Assembly (NCBI GenBank): GCA_963733675.1
Contig: CAVTET010000001.1
Location: 928,001-992,000, forward strand
Length of the DNA stretch: 64,000 nucleotides
Direction of reading: 5' to 3'
Origin: an uncultured Methanosarcinaceae archaeon
Lineage (GTDB): Archaea > Halobacteriota > Methanosarcinia > Methanosarcinales > Methanosarcinaceae
Within the stretch, counting starts at the first letter, position 1. Each line of letters opens with the position of its first letter. A program made the translations under genes and the position numbers. Below, piece after piece: positions 10,849-22,560 of the stretch. The notes beneath the pieces were generated by a model. The model saw only the letters and a list, made by a program, of their open reading frames with translations, was not told the DNA's origin and made no database searches.

Positions 10849-11412
10849 ATGTGGCAGAAAATAGCAAAATACGGGCGCAAGTTGGTCGAGCATAAGCTTG
10901 TCGAATCCAATTTCGGAAACATCAGTCTCAGAGCTGGGGATAAAATGCTTATTACCAGGACTGGGGCTGCGCTTGATGAGATCACAGGAAATAAGGTCGT
11001 TGAGGTAGATATTCAGGATACTTCAGCTTTGGATATTATTGCATCATCTGAATCCGTTGTACATAGAGAGATTTATCGTCAGACCTCAGCTCTTGCAATC
11101 ATCCACGCTCACTGTGAGTATTCTGTTATAGAGTCCCTGATTGAAGGTCCAGCAGGGATAATTCTGCCTGTAGACAGTGAAGGGCAGTACTTTCTAGTAG
11201 ATATTCCTATTGTCGAAGGTGGCATAGGTAGCCGCAAGCTTGCGGATAATCTTGCAAATGCACTTTCGAGACGTAGAGGTGCTATCGTGTATGGTCATGG
11301 AACTTTTGCAATTGGGCAAACTCTTGGAGACGCTTATATAGTGACAACACAGCTTGAGCATTCATGCAAAATTAAATATTTATATAAGCTTGCATCTTTG
11401 GAAAAGAAATAA
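10849..11412 (+). CDS. class II aldolase/adducin family protein
   Basis: GNISLR, SSESVVHREIY, IIHAH and GHGTF motifs; start moved to MWQKIAKYG. Confidence 0.88.
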   Translation: MWQKIAKYGRKLVEHKLVESNFGNISLRAGDKMLITRTGAALDEITGNKVVEVDIQDTSALDIIASSESVVHREIYRQTSALAIIHAHCEYSVIESLIEGPAGIILPVDSEGQYFLVDIPIVEGGIGSRKLADNLANALSRRRGAIVYGHGTFAIGQTLGDAYIVTTQLEHSCKIKYLYKLASLEKK

Positions 11413-11706
11413 GTAAATTTATCTATTGAGTATGCAGATAATCAAGCACACAATTTAAGCATAAAACGATGGGTTTTTTTAAAATTTTGTGGGATAAACA
11501 AAATTCTTCATCATTTGCTGCATTACGATTGGGATTAATCAAGAACCCAGAAAAGAATAAAAAGTCTCATAACTATGCAAAAACAGGTAATACATAGAAT
11601 AATATGGATAAGCAGATCTAACCGGATATGTGGCGCGAGACTGGTTGCCTGCTTTTGGATAGTTTTCTATCGTGGATATATAATTAAAGGAAGAATCTCG
11701 AATACT

Positions 11707-12318
11707 ATGGCTTTGAATACCCTGAGACCCTTTGCCACAAAAGTTATTGAACCACTTGCAGATTTATTTATCATATCTGAGGTCTCACCTGATGCAGTTT
11801 CCATAGCTTCCCTGATATGTGCTTTTTTTGCAGGAATCAGTTTTTACTATTCGTCTGCATCGAAGGAATTTATTTTGCTGGCAGGCATCATGGTAATATT
11901 TAACTCAATTTTTGATGCCCTGGATGGGGTAATTGCAAGAAAATCTAACAGGGTAACCCTAAGGGGTGATTTTTTGGATCACGTTATAGACCGCTATTCA
12001 GATGTCTTCATTATATGCAGCATCTTTTTTGCAGGTTATGTAAATTGGAAGATCGGGGTTGCAGCAATTGTAGGGGTGCTCCTTACTAGCTATCTTGGTA
12101 TTCAGGCTCAAGCCCTCAATCTTGGAAGATATTATGGAGGACTTATGGGTAGGGCAGATCGTCTTGTAGTTGTAATGTTTGCTGCGTTCGCTAATTTTAT
12201 CTACTTGGATTCAATTGCAGGATTTTCTATCCTGGGTTGGGCTGTCGTCCTTATTGCTATAACCAGTCATATTACTGCGGTCCAGAGAATTCTCTATATC
12301 TGGAACAGGCTGAAATAG
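11707..12318 (+). CDS. CDP-alcohol phosphatidyltransferase (archaeal phospholipid synthase)
   Basis: DALDGVIARK..GDFLDHVIDRYSD signature; likely start MALNTLRP. Confidence 0.9.
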   Translation: MALNTLRPFATKVIEPLADLFIISEVSPDAVSIASLICAFFAGISFYYSSASKEFILLAGIMVIFNSIFDALDGVIARKSNRVTLRGDFLDHVIDRYSDVFIICSIFFAGYVNWKIGVAAIVGVLLTSYLGIQAQALNLGRYYGGLMGRADRLVVVMFAAFANFIYLDSIAGFSILGWAVVLIAITSHITAVQRILYIWNRLK

Positions 12319-12427
12319 TTAACTTTTTGAGTGTTTTTTTGGATTAATTCACATGAATTTTTCCTTGAGCCTGAAAACGGTCACTGAGGCAGATAAGTTG
12401 ATGTAAGACAAAATCCAATAGTGAACT

Positions 12428-12868
12428 ATGCCGCCTCAACAAAAACAGTATGAATATCTAGAGCACACTGCAGATGTGAAATTCCTGGCTTATGGAAAAA
12501 CCCTGGAGGAAGTATTTGAAAATTCTGCTCTTGCTATGTTCAATGTTATGATAGATACAAGAAAGATTTCAGGAGAGCTGGTAAAAGATTTTTTTTTGAA
12601 GTCACCAGATCTGGAGTCTCTGATTGTGGACTGGCTTTCTGAGCATCTATACCTCTTTGAAGTTGATGAAATTGTTTTTAGTAAGTTTAATGTTGACAGA
12701 ATAAGAAAAGAGAACTGCGAATACTCGATCACATCCAGGGCATCGGGAGAAAAATTTTATCCAAATAGCCATCCATTTGAAACCGAAATCAAGGCTGTTA
12801 CCTATAACCAGTTAAAAGTAGAGAAGATTGAAGATGGCTGGAAGGTTCAAGTCGTTTTAGATATTTAG
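12428..12868 (+). CDS. archease (RtcB cofactor)
   Basis: YEYLEHTAD, EIKAVTY and C-terminal LDI; upstream of rtcB. Confidence 0.93.
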   Translation: MPPQQKQYEYLEHTADVKFLAYGKTLEEVFENSALAMFNVMIDTRKISGELVKDFFLKSPDLESLIVDWLSEHLYLFEVDEIVFSKFNVDRIRKENCEYSITSRASGEKFYPNSHPFETEIKAVTYNQLKVEKIEDGWKVQVVLDI

Positions 12869-13473
12869 GGAACAAGAAATTTAGATTCCTATAATTTATA
12901 TCGCTGTCGTTTTCGATTTATTCATCTTGTGCTATATCTATCATTATTTCTGTAACTTATTGTCCCAGTCTACACTATAAAATATCAAGTTTAATTCTCT
13001 AATCCTAAACTGATTTAATCATGTTCCGACTGAACCTCGTTTACCAAGCTGGATATCATTATACAATACTTCAAAATGGATGCTTCCTTGTAATATATAT
13101 CTTAATCAAATTTCCATAGCAATTTACAGAACTTTGGGAGCTGAAGGGTAAATTATAACCTCACAGTAAAAATTAATACTTTAAAAACTTAAAAAAATGA
13201 ATTTATCGTCAAGTCCATACATCTCTCAGCTAAACATAAATGCGAAGTCGAAAGAAGGAAAAGCACTGTAAATATGTGAAGAAGAGAAAATCTTCTAATG
13301 TATTTCTTTTCGTCTCGTTTTCCTGTGGTAATGTACTTGTAGATGATTTAAATTTGAATGGTTACATTAAAAACTATATATGTATTTTTAATAATTGAAA
13401 TTAATTTATGAGTTTACTATTCTAGTCCCAGAGTTTATATCTATCAAGAGTAAAGGAGCAGAGAGTATTAATT

Positions 13474-14976
13474 ATGGCAGAAAATGAAAATATAGACACT
13501 GAGGAATTAGCTACAGAAACTGTACGATCGGATGTTAAAAGCATTTTTCGAAAATTTTCTGAAAACATCTGGGATATCCCTATAGGCCATATTCCGAATA
13601 TGAAAGTTCCAGGCCGTTTATTTGTGTCCGAACATTTACTTGAAAGCATTGAAACCGGGACTATTGGCCAGATTGCAAATGTGGCAACTCTACCTGGGAT
13701 TCAAAAGTATTCAATGGCAATGCCTGATGCCCACCTTGGCTATGGTTTTGCTATCGGGGGTGTTGCAGCTTTTGATTCAGATGAAGGAGTTATCAGCCCT
13801 GGTGGAGTAGGCTTTGATATTAACTGTGGTGTAAGGCTTATTCACACCAACCTTCAGAAGGAAGAAGTAGTTCCATATGTAATGAATTTAATTGACGAGT
13901 TATTTTATAATGTTCCTTCAGGTGTCGGTTGCAAAAGTAGGTTCAAGGCTTCTGACAAGGAACTGGATGATTCTTTTCTTCACGGTGCAAAGTGGGCTGT
14001 AGAATCCGGCTATGGTGTAGAAGCTGATGTTGAACATTGTGAGGCAAATGGCTATATTGAAGGAGCCGATCCTTCCATGGTTAGCACGAAGGCTAGAAAG
14101 AGGGGTAAACCTCAGTTGGGAACTCTTGGAAGTGGGAATCATTTCCTTGAAGTTCAGTATGTGGATAAGATTTACGACCGAGAAATAGCATCTGCCTTCG
14201 GACTTGAAGAAGGCCAGGTCACGGTTATGATCCACTGTGGATCGCGGGGTATGGGGCACCAGGTCTGCACAGATCATCTCAAGGAACTCTATAAGGCTGT
14301 AAAGAACTATGGGATCAATATCCCAGATAAACAGCTTGCCTGTGCTCCTGCTCAGTCCAGAGAAGCACAGAACTACTTTAAATCCATGCTCTGTGCTGCA
14401 AATTACGCATGGGCAAACCGTCAGATGATCACTCACTGGACAAGAGAATCTTTTGAAAAGATATTTCGGAGAGATGCCGATGATCTGGGAATGGATCTTC
14501 TTTATGACGTTGCTCACAACGTGGCAAAGCTTGAAGAGCATACTGTGGATGGCAAGAAAAAGGAGGTATACGTCCACAGAAAAGGGGCAACAAGAGCATT
14601 TCCTCCCGGGAATCCGGAAGTTCCGATCCTATATAGAGATGTAGGTCAACCAGTTCTGATTCCTGGGAGTATGGGGACTCCTTCTTTTATACTATGTGGT
14701 GCAAAAGAGGCTATGGATATTTCTTTCGGCAGTTGTTGCCATGGGGCTGGCAGGATAATGAGCAGGATGCATGCAAAAAAAGAATTATGTGGGCAGAAAA
14801 TAAAGGAAAACCTTGAAGCTCAAGGTATTACAGTGAGAGCAACTCATCCTTCTGTAATTGCAGAAGAAGCTCCAAATGTATACAAGTCCAGCATCGATGT
14901 AGTAAATGTCGTTCATGAGCTCGGAATTGCTCATAAGGTTGCAAGAGTCCTCCCTCTTGGGGTTGCGAAGGGTTAG
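13474..14976 (+). CDS. rtcB: tRNA-splicing ligase RtcB
   Basis: MPDAHLGYGF, GFDINCG, GSGNHFLE, HCGSRG, HRKGAT and HGAGR motifs. Confidence 0.97.
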   Translation: MAENENIDTEELATETVRSDVKSIFRKFSENIWDIPIGHIPNMKVPGRLFVSEHLLESIETGTIGQIANVATLPGIQKYSMAMPDAHLGYGFAIGGVAAFDSDEGVISPGGVGFDINCGVRLIHTNLQKEEVVPYVMNLIDELFYNVPSGVGCKSRFKASDKELDDSFLHGAKWAVESGYGVEADVEHCEANGYIEGADPSMVSTKARKRGKPQLGTLGSGNHFLEVQYVDKIYDREIASAFGLEEGQVTVMIHCGSRGMGHQVCTDHLKELYKAVKNYGINIPDKQLACAPAQSREAQNYFKSMLCAANYAWANRQMITHWTRESFEKIFRRDADDLGMDLLYDVAHNVAKLEEHTVDGKKKEVYVHRKGATRAFPPGNPEVPILYRDVGQPVLIPGSMGTPSFILCGAKEAMDISFGSCCHGAGRIMSRMHAKKELCGQKIKENLEAQGITVRATHPSVIAEEAPNVYKSSIDVVNVVHELGIAHKVARVLPLGVAKG

Positions 14977-15113
14977 GTGCTAGAAAATCCGAGCTGAATA
15001 CAAAATCAGGATTGTGTGAAAGCTTTGATCTGCAGGATAATTTTTTTAAGCCTAATTTTTCTTCCAATTTTTGGCATATAATCGTGTAAACTTTTTCACT
15101 CCTCTGCAGTACA

Positions 15114-16223
15114 TCATGTATCTTCCAGTTCTTCTATGATATATGAGTCAGGACTATAAAGCTTGGGATTCTTATTAAATCTAAATTCGATCATGCTTGA
15201 GTACGAAGAAGTCTCAAAAGGTGTGCCGTTTTCCCGGAATATATTCGAAAAATATTCAACAAGGTTACGGATAAACTTTTCATTTTTGAAGTCATGGAAG
15301 ATCGTCACGGACTCTCTCTCAGGTTCAAGGCAAATTTCTATATTCTTTACAAGTTGAGTTGCTAGGTACATCCTTTTAAATTGAATCAGTAAATCAGGAA
15401 GAGCCATATCACTTACTGATTGTTTGCACATACGTTCAAGAATTTTGGTCGGGTTTGGGATATCTCCAGTTGCAAAAATTTCTAATTGACTCCTGTGTAA
15501 AGTCACTAGATTATATTTTTCACAATTATAAGTATACATGACCTGGGTCCAAAAATCCGTATTTTCATCAAGTTCCTTACATATAATGTCAAGGTATCCA
15601 AAATGTTTTCGAATCCCTGGCATGGTCTCATTAGGAGATATAGATGAATTTTTTTTGAAAGAAATCTGGGTTGAGTTTGCTCTCCTGAACATATTCTCAA
15701 CATCAAGTTGTTTCCATCTGGCTAGAAAGTGAGCTACAAGCTGAGCAAAAAAATCACGACTATTTACTGTAGCATTGGAAAAAATTACTAGCGCAGATTC
15801 TGGGTTATGAATATCCTCACATTTTATCGAAGTCCTGATTGCCCATTGGTAACTTTTAAAAATTCTATTCAGGTACTCTTCAAGCTGTTTCATGTCTTGA
15901 ATCTCGAATGGGTTAATCAACTCATTAACAAGCTCTTCATTAATAAGCCGGCCTTTAATATATCTAAACAGACATTCCAATATAGTTTTATTTATGACGA
16001 CATTTTCTCCACTTTGGATTGTATCATTTAACTCTTCTCTTGCAGGGTTTTCCTTTAGAAATTTGATTGCTTCGTCGATACTTTTGTGGTATGTCAGAGC
16101 TGTATCAGCGACTTCAATAGTATCCCTGACCGCCGCACTCAGGTTTCCATCATTGGCATCCATAAGGGGCTGTAATTTTTTAAGGTACTTGTCATCAAGG
16201 GATATATTTTTTCTGATCAGCAC
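15114..16223 (-). CDS. hypothetical protein with ribbon-helix-helix-like N-terminus
   Basis: 369-aa ORF; RKNISLDDKYLKKL..NLSAAVRDTIE has an RHH-like pattern (inference). Confidence 0.7.
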   Translation of the reverse strand: MLIRKNISLDDKYLKKLQPLMDANDGNLSAAVRDTIEVADTALTYHKSIDEAIKFLKENPAREELNDTIQSGENVVINKTILECLFRYIKGRLINEELVNELINPFEIQDMKQLEEYLNRIFKSYQWAIRTSIKCEDIHNPESALVIFSNATVNSRDFFAQLVAHFLARWKQLDVENMFRRANSTQISFKKNSSISPNETMPGIRKHFGYLDIICKELDENTDFWTQVMYTYNCEKYNLVTLHRSQLEIFATGDIPNPTKILERMCKQSVSDMALPDLLIQFKRMYLATQLVKNIEICLEPERESVTIFHDFKNEKFIRNLVEYFSNIFRENGTPFETSSYSSMIEFRFNKNPKLYSPDSYIIEELEDT

Positions 16224-16391
16224 ATTTTCACACTACCTGATCCGGTTTATGGATCCTTTATACTACGATTCATTATTAATGCTCACAAAATTAGGATTTT
16301 TTCATGCTTCCATTCTAAAATTTAGAAAATTTCTTTTTTAATCAAGAGATATTTTTCAAATTATAGGAACTTTACTTATTACTTCAATTTA

Positions 16392-16477
16392 GAGTTTTTT
16401 GATAAGCTTTATTTGCATAATTATTTATATACTATCTATATGCATACTACAAAATATGGAGGTTTATTTTAATCCTC
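16392..16477. mobile_element. IS5-related ~90-bp MITE (degenerate)
   Basis: GAGTTTTTTGATAAGC ... GAGGTTTATTTTAATCCTC; TTTA on both flanks. Confidence 0.6.
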
Positions 16478-17679
16478 TTTATAATATTTGTAAGTACTAC
16501 CAAATATTAAATCTTTCTATTTAGTGTTATTTTTTGGTAATTTATCTGATAAATCTCATCCCAAAAGGTATTATACTGATACTATTCGGCTTACAAAGAA
16601 CTCATTATTTGACATGTTTAATATTATGTTGGTATGCTTTGTCCTATTTTTGGGATCAAATTATAAAATGATATATATTTCGATAAATGTTTACTTTATT
16701 TATTGGTTTGCAAACTGTTTCGAAATGAATCGTAAAAATTAGATGTTTCTCGTAATTCTCTATAGTCAACAAACTTTTTACTTAGTTTTTATTCTTTTTA
16801 TATTGTTCTCTACTTTTTGATCTTTATTTTTTCTAATTTTTGATAGCGTTTTAGATGTCGAATTTGGTATATTACATGGTTGATAAGTAAAATATTAACT
16901 ATTGTATCAAAATAAAATAACTAAAATATTGAGATGAAACAAAAAATATATATTTCTTTATTTTGTTTAGTTATAATGTGGAAAACTGATACCTCAAATC
17001 TCATTTTGATAAATTTTAAAGGCTTCCAATTGATTTTTGACGAAAATATTAGGTTTTATATCTAATGTAAATTATATTGTTAAACTAAGGAGAAATGGGT
17101 CCAATGGTACTTAATTTTTTATTCAAATTGAACTTTTTTTATTATCAAACTGAGCGAGTGACAAATAATCAGGAATGTGTAATACTGATTCACAATTCTG
17201 TATATATAAATGCTAAAACAGTGTACAATCTGTATTAGAAAATTTAGAATGTGAAGAGGACTGGCATAACCTGAAGGATCACTTAATTGGTTCCCTTTTG
17301 TCCTTACAGTTTGTCTAATTTGTGATGATATTCTAATCTCAATAAATAGTTAGACATTTTTTAAAACTGTAATTTTGTGAGTAAATACGTGCAGTTCCTG
17401 TTCGAATCTTGGGAGTAAGTCTAAAAATACTATCAGGTTCTTACAATTTATAACTAACTCACGATCTTCAAGGTAATGACAGTCCAAAAGAGCGAGTTTG
17501 GGAGTGGTTTCATAAGTGTCTGGCAATTTGTATCAAAGTTCTTAGTCAGCCAGACACTTTCCTCCTAATAAGAGAAAATTATTTTGTGAATAAGCTTTTA
17601 AAATGAGTTCATCAGGGAAATCAAAACTTGTTTTTTTGAATCTTGTATTTTAAAGAATAATCGAGCTTTGTATTGCTTC

Positions 17680-18170
17680 TAGAATGTGGAGGGTCATGAA
17701 TTCCTCTCTTTTAGGTTGGAGACTATATGTACTCTCAAATCTTTCTGTTTCCATAAAACCTTAAATCATAGTTTCTTTGAAAATGAGTTTATTTTTGGCA
17801 CCATGTCAGGTATAGTCTCTCCACCTCTTACTAGGCCATGATACGTATTTAATTAAATACTTCTATCTATAGTTTGAATCCTTTAACTCAATCTATATAA
17901 TAGAGTTGGTACCTAAGTCTCGATTCAATAATATTCTACTTCCTTTCTGCAGATGTGCGGAAGAATGCCATCACTCCATATCCCATACCTAATTGTTGTC
18001 TCTTTTTCAGTTTTAGAATAATCGCAAGAGTGCTGATTTTTGGCTCGCTATTAAACAGTAGATAGATGTGGTTTTTGTCAGTTCCAATTTTTAGTATTTC
18101 AAAATCGATCTCCTTTTCAATAATTTTAATATTTTTAAAAACCTATCAGATGCCTTTTATTTTCCCCAAC
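17680..18170 (-). mobile_element. IS200/IS605 tnpA fossil
   Basis: DFEILKIGTDKNHIYLLFNSEPKISTLAII on the minus strand, similar to the tnpA remnant at 25700-25830. Confidence 0.65.
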
Positions 18171-18399
18171 AAAATCCCCTGAGTCATCTATGAGGTTCTA
18201 TCCCCTAAGACTTCATAGAATCTCCAGTAGGAACGATTATAACCTTAGGATTGACAAATCTGTCCTAGAAAAACCAGAAGACCTTGATAAAGAAAAATGG
18301 TTTTTAATCCTTGATGAATTAACCAATGTGTATGTATACTTTGGAACTTAAACTTATTGAGAAAAGAAAGAAACAGAACTGAAAAAAGGGAAATCATGT

Positions 18400-18888
18400 A
18401 TGAAAAGCACTGTTTACAAGAAGATAATGATTGCAACCGACGGCTCGGAACTAGTACAAAAAGCAGTTGATTCTGCAATTGAAATTGCAAAGCTAAGCGA
18501 AGCACAGCTGTGTGCTATATATGTGATTACACTGGGGAGCTATTCGATAACTCCATATATAGATGCAAAATGGGAAAAAACAATGAAAGAGCATCTCAGG
18601 CAAGAAGGTCAGGAAGCGACAGCGTATGTAGAAAACGTTGGCAGAGCCGCAAATGTTGAGGTAGAATCCATTATTCTAGAAGGAAGCCCTGCGGTTGAGA
18701 TTATTGACTTTGCAGAAAAAAACGATATTGATCTTATCGTTATGGGTTCACACGGGAAATCTGCAATTCAGAGATTCCTAATCGGAAGCGTAGCAGAAAA
18801 AGTGATCAAACATTCAAAAATAGCCGTCCTTGTTGTAAGGAAAGAAACTGCTGAAAATGTATTATTAAATCTCATCCAAGTACTATGA
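18400..18888 (+). CDS. universal stress protein (UspA family)
   Basis: YKKIMIATDGS, DLIVMGSHG and GSVAEKVI motifs. Confidence 0.93.
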   Translation: MKSTVYKKIMIATDGSELVQKAVDSAIEIAKLSEAQLCAIYVITLGSYSITPYIDAKWEKTMKEHLRQEGQEATAYVENVGRAANVEVESIILEGSPAVEIIDFAEKNDIDLIVMGSHGKSAIQRFLIGSVAEKVIKHSKIAVLVVRKETAENVLLNLIQVL

Positions 18889-18921
18889 AACTAGAGGTTA
18901 TGATACTGGAGATTGTAGACC

Positions 18922-19701
18922 ATGGTTGATTTCAGTGCCTCTTTATTTCCTGCATTAATAGTTGTTTTTTTAATACTCTCACAATCTATAAAAATGGTTA
19001 ATGAATATGAGAGGGCAGTTATTTTCAGGCTAGGTCGTCTTAGTGGTGTAAAAGGACCGGGTATATTCTTGATTATCCCACTTATCGATAAAGTGATTAA
19101 ACTGGACCTTAGAGTTGTTACCGTTGATATTCCTAAACAGGCAGTAATCACGCGGGACAACGTTACGGTTGAAGTCGATGCCGTTGTTTATTATAAGATA
19201 GTTGAGCCGGGAGCCGCTATAACTCAAGTTGAAAATTATAAGTTCGCAACATACGCCCTTTCACAGACAACACTTAGAGATGTGCTGGGTCAGATGGAAC
19301 TTGATGGACTGCTTTCGGAGAGAGAAAGTATCAACAAGCGAATTCAGGAACTTCTGGATGCGAACACCGATCCGTGGGGAATTAAGGTTACAGGGGTTAC
19401 GATTAGGGATGTATCCTTGCCGGATACAATGAAAAGAGCAATTGCCAAACAAGCTGAAGCCGAGAGAGAAAAGCGTTCAAGAATAATCCTTGCAGAAGGA
19501 GAATCTCAAGCTGGCCAAAAAATGTCGGAAGCAGCAGCTTTCTATCAAGGAGTACCTACAGCGATCAAACTGAGGGAATTGCAGACTCTTGCTGAGATTG
19601 CTAGGGAAAAGAATCTGATAGTGGTTACTCAGTCACAAGCCCTTGAAACCGGAAACATAGCAGCTTTATCTCAGGCTATTTCTAGAAAGAAAGAGGAATA
19701 A
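18922..19701 (+). CDS. SPFH/band-7 stomatin-like (slipin) protein
   Basis: EYERAVIFRLG, ITRDNVTVEVDAVVY and AKQAEAERE motifs. Confidence 0.93.
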   Translation: MVDFSASLFPALIVVFLILSQSIKMVNEYERAVIFRLGRLSGVKGPGIFLIIPLIDKVIKLDLRVVTVDIPKQAVITRDNVTVEVDAVVYYKIVEPGAAITQVENYKFATYALSQTTLRDVLGQMELDGLLSERESINKRIQELLDANTDPWGIKVTGVTIRDVSLPDTMKRAIAKQAEAEREKRSRIILAEGESQAGQKMSEAAAFYQGVPTAIKLRELQTLAEIAREKNLIVVTQSQALETGNIAALSQAISRKKEE

Positions 19702-19726
19702 AGGTGAAAGAAGAGTTTAAAGGGGA

Positions 19727-21058
19727 GTGATGAGCAGGAGAGGACCGACAAACAGTCTTATGGAAAGGGTTACCAGTTCCCTCTTTGTTTTATTCTTGTG
19801 CTCCATTCTTATAGCCGTCTTTGCTCATGTTGCTGGGGCAGGATCTGACAATAAGGTGATTGTACTTAAAATTTCAGGAGCCATCACCCCGGCTTCAGGT
19901 GATATCATAGCTAATGCAATCTCGAAAGCTGAAAATGAAGGCTTTGAAGCTTTTGTAATTAGCCTTGACACACCTGGAGGAGGGTTGGAAGAAACACAGG
20001 CAATCATAAAGAGAATTGGGAATACAAGGGTTCCTGTTATTGGATATGTGCCTGAGGGTGGGAAAGCTTGGTCAGCTGGTACTTTTATTTTGATGGGAAC
20101 TGATATTGCTGCAATGGCTCCTTTCACTGTGATTGGTTCAGCGCAGCCAGTGCAGATATCTGCAGAGGGAACAAAACCCATCGAAGACGAAAAAATAATA
20201 AATGCCCTTGTCAAATATTCGGTTACAATTGCCAGTAAACACCTAAGAAATGAGACATTTGCAGAAGAAGTTATAACCAAAAACAAAAATCTTGATGCGC
20301 AAGAGGCACTAGATGCAGGTGTAATAGAATATATAGCTCCTTCTATCTCCGATTTGTTGACCCAGATCAACGGAAAGGTTGTGAAAGGAAAGATTCTCAG
20401 AACTGAAAGCTTCAGCATTGAAAACTATGAACCTTCTCTTTCTCTAGCTTTCTTGGAGCTAATCTCAAATCCAATTCTCTCTTCTCTTCTCCTAATCATT
20501 GGGCTTTATGGGATCATCTTTGGAATTTCAAATCTTGGATCAGGGGTAGAAGTTTTTGGAATCATTGCGATAGTACTTGGGTTAGTAGGTACAGGTTTTA
20601 ATATCAATGTGGGTGCAATCTTCCTTATAATTATAGGGGTCGGGCTTCTGATCCTGGAAATTAAGATTTCAGGCTTCGGAATTATCGGGTTTGCCGGTTT
20701 CATCAGCCTTATAATAGGAAGTGTACTCCTTGTACCTATTGGAGATGAAAATATCTATACTCCCGAATTCAGGAGGCTTATGACTTTGACAGTTATCATC
20801 CCTACGATTGTCTTCGGGCTTTTCCTTGTCTTCGCAATTTATAAAGTAACCGAAATCCGAAAGAAAAAACCAGTTATAGGGACAATCATAGGTGATACAG
20901 CCCGAACAATCGATCCTCTGGGACCAGAAAAGTCAGGATTTGTTCGGTATAATGGAGAATACTGGCAAGCTAGATCTGAGGAAAAAATAGAAGTTAAAGA
21001 AAAAGTTGAAATAATTGGAAAAGAAAAGGAAGTACTTCTAGTAAAGAGAAAAAGTTAA
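19727..21058 (+). CDS. nfeD: NfeD-family membrane protease (long form, stomatin partner)
   Basis: LDTPGG, AWSAG, IGSAQP, TM bundle and C-terminal GEYWQARS OB-fold; adjacent to the SPFH gene; exact start uncertain. Confidence 0.9.
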   Translation: MMSRRGPTNSLMERVTSSLFVLFLCSILIAVFAHVAGAGSDNKVIVLKISGAITPASGDIIANAISKAENEGFEAFVISLDTPGGGLEETQAIIKRIGNTRVPVIGYVPEGGKAWSAGTFILMGTDIAAMAPFTVIGSAQPVQISAEGTKPIEDEKIINALVKYSVTIASKHLRNETFAEEVITKNKNLDAQEALDAGVIEYIAPSISDLLTQINGKVVKGKILRTESFSIENYEPSLSLAFLELISNPILSSLLLIIGLYGIIFGISNLGSGVEVFGIIAIVLGLVGTGFNINVGAIFLIIIGVGLLILEIKISGFGIIGFAGFISLIIGSVLLVPIGDENIYTPEFRRLMTLTVIIPTIVFGLFLVFAIYKVTEIRKKKPVIGTIIGDTARTIDPLGPEKSGFVRYNGEYWQARSEEKIEVKEKVEIIGKEKEVLLVKRKS

Positions 21059-21683
21059 TACTTTATTTATTTTAATCAAATGTCCTACAGCTTGCTGCGG
21101 GATGAAACGTTGGGAACTTATAGAGTCGTAGGGAAAAATGGCGTGAATATTACCTTCTTGCTGTGCGGTGATCCAGTGCTGTCACTTCCGTAAAAGAAAA
21201 TTACTCTGTAAAAATCATACAAAAGCTCAGAAATAGGGGTCTGGCTAGGTATAATTCATCTATAAACCCGCAATAGGTTGAATTTTAATCCAGGAACCTA
21301 CATTAATAATCTAATTAAAAGTATTTTGCGTTGGTTTGAACTTGAAAAGCGAAAAGATAAAAATTGCGATAGCAAATGTGTTGAAAAGATTGGACATCGC
21401 CTATGTAGATGATGACACATATAAACGGCTAGTCAATATCGGCCTTCAGTATGACTATATTGAAAGTGAACTTTTGGAACAACTGATTGAAGCTGAACTT
21501 ATTATACTGCTAGATAGGCGCAGTTTTTGAAAGCTTTTGAAACTGTTTTTTAATTTATTTACTCTCTATTCTGTTACAGAATTTTTGTGTAAAAACATTT
21601 GTGTTTTCAATTTTCATATTTACCACTATCTTTTTTTCAGGTGCCAAAAACATATAAATCTGCAGTCCTTTAAATCCTCGACT

Positions 21684-22560
21684 ATGCCTTTAAAGGAAGA
21701 TTCTTATGAGCCCTATTCAGAAGTTACAATTGGCAGTATAATTTATGGTACAATAGGGGTTTTCCTAGATAAAGTTCAGAATATGTCCATTGAGTTCATG
21801 CTTTTCTCAAGGTTTTTTTGGCTTCTTCATGATTTTTATTTACCTGCTGTTTAGTAGAGGGCTGGGCCAGCTTAGACTTAGAAAAAATAGCAGGTACCTA
21901 ATGCTTCTAGGTCTTCTGAATGCAATTACAAGCATATGCTACTTCTCCTCCAATAAATATAGCGGGATTTCCGTTGCAGTCCTTCTGCTTTATATAGCTC
22001 CAGTATATGTTAATTTGCTTGCTCGTACGATTCTTGGGAAACGAAATAGCAGAATAAGCCTTTTCACCTCTCCTTGCAGCCGCAGGTGTTTTACTTATTG
22101 CTCGCCCGGGAGAATTTCTGATGAACGTGGATACAGAGTCAAATTTTCAGAAATGCCTTATTTTTAGCCTATTTTCAGGGCTGTCACTAGGTACAACCAT
22201 AATTCCGGTTCGTTATCTAATATATGATTATATAGGGATAACTCAGACATTTTGGATGACTGGAATAAGTCTTCTCATTATGCTTCCTCCAGCATTTTTA
22301 ACTCCTCGTCCACTTTTCTTTAAAAATATTTAATACTCTAATGATGTTCAGATTCACTATTACATTTGCTGCCGTTATTTATCTTAGAGGAGTCTCAGGA
22401 ATCAGGGTACAAACAGGTAGCATTCTTGCTTTTTTAGAACCAGTATCAGGAATCTTCTTTGAATTATTATTCTAAAAAATCAAGTCTACATCTCTCCCCT
22501 TCTTGGCTGCGGTTTAATCTTCACAGCAGCTTATGTTGTAAGTAGAAGGGATCTGGGTAA
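21684..22560 (+). pseudogene. EamA/DMT transporter pseudogene
   Basis: Hydrophobic fragments GSIIYGTIGVF, ISVAVLLLYIAPVYV and ILAFLEPVSG spread over several frames. Confidence 0.7.

Noticed and set aside
11611-11653. GC-rich hairpin as a possible sRNA (a similar one lies at 3748-3777)
   Set aside because: Single imperfect stems with no C/D or H/ACA motifs I can support.
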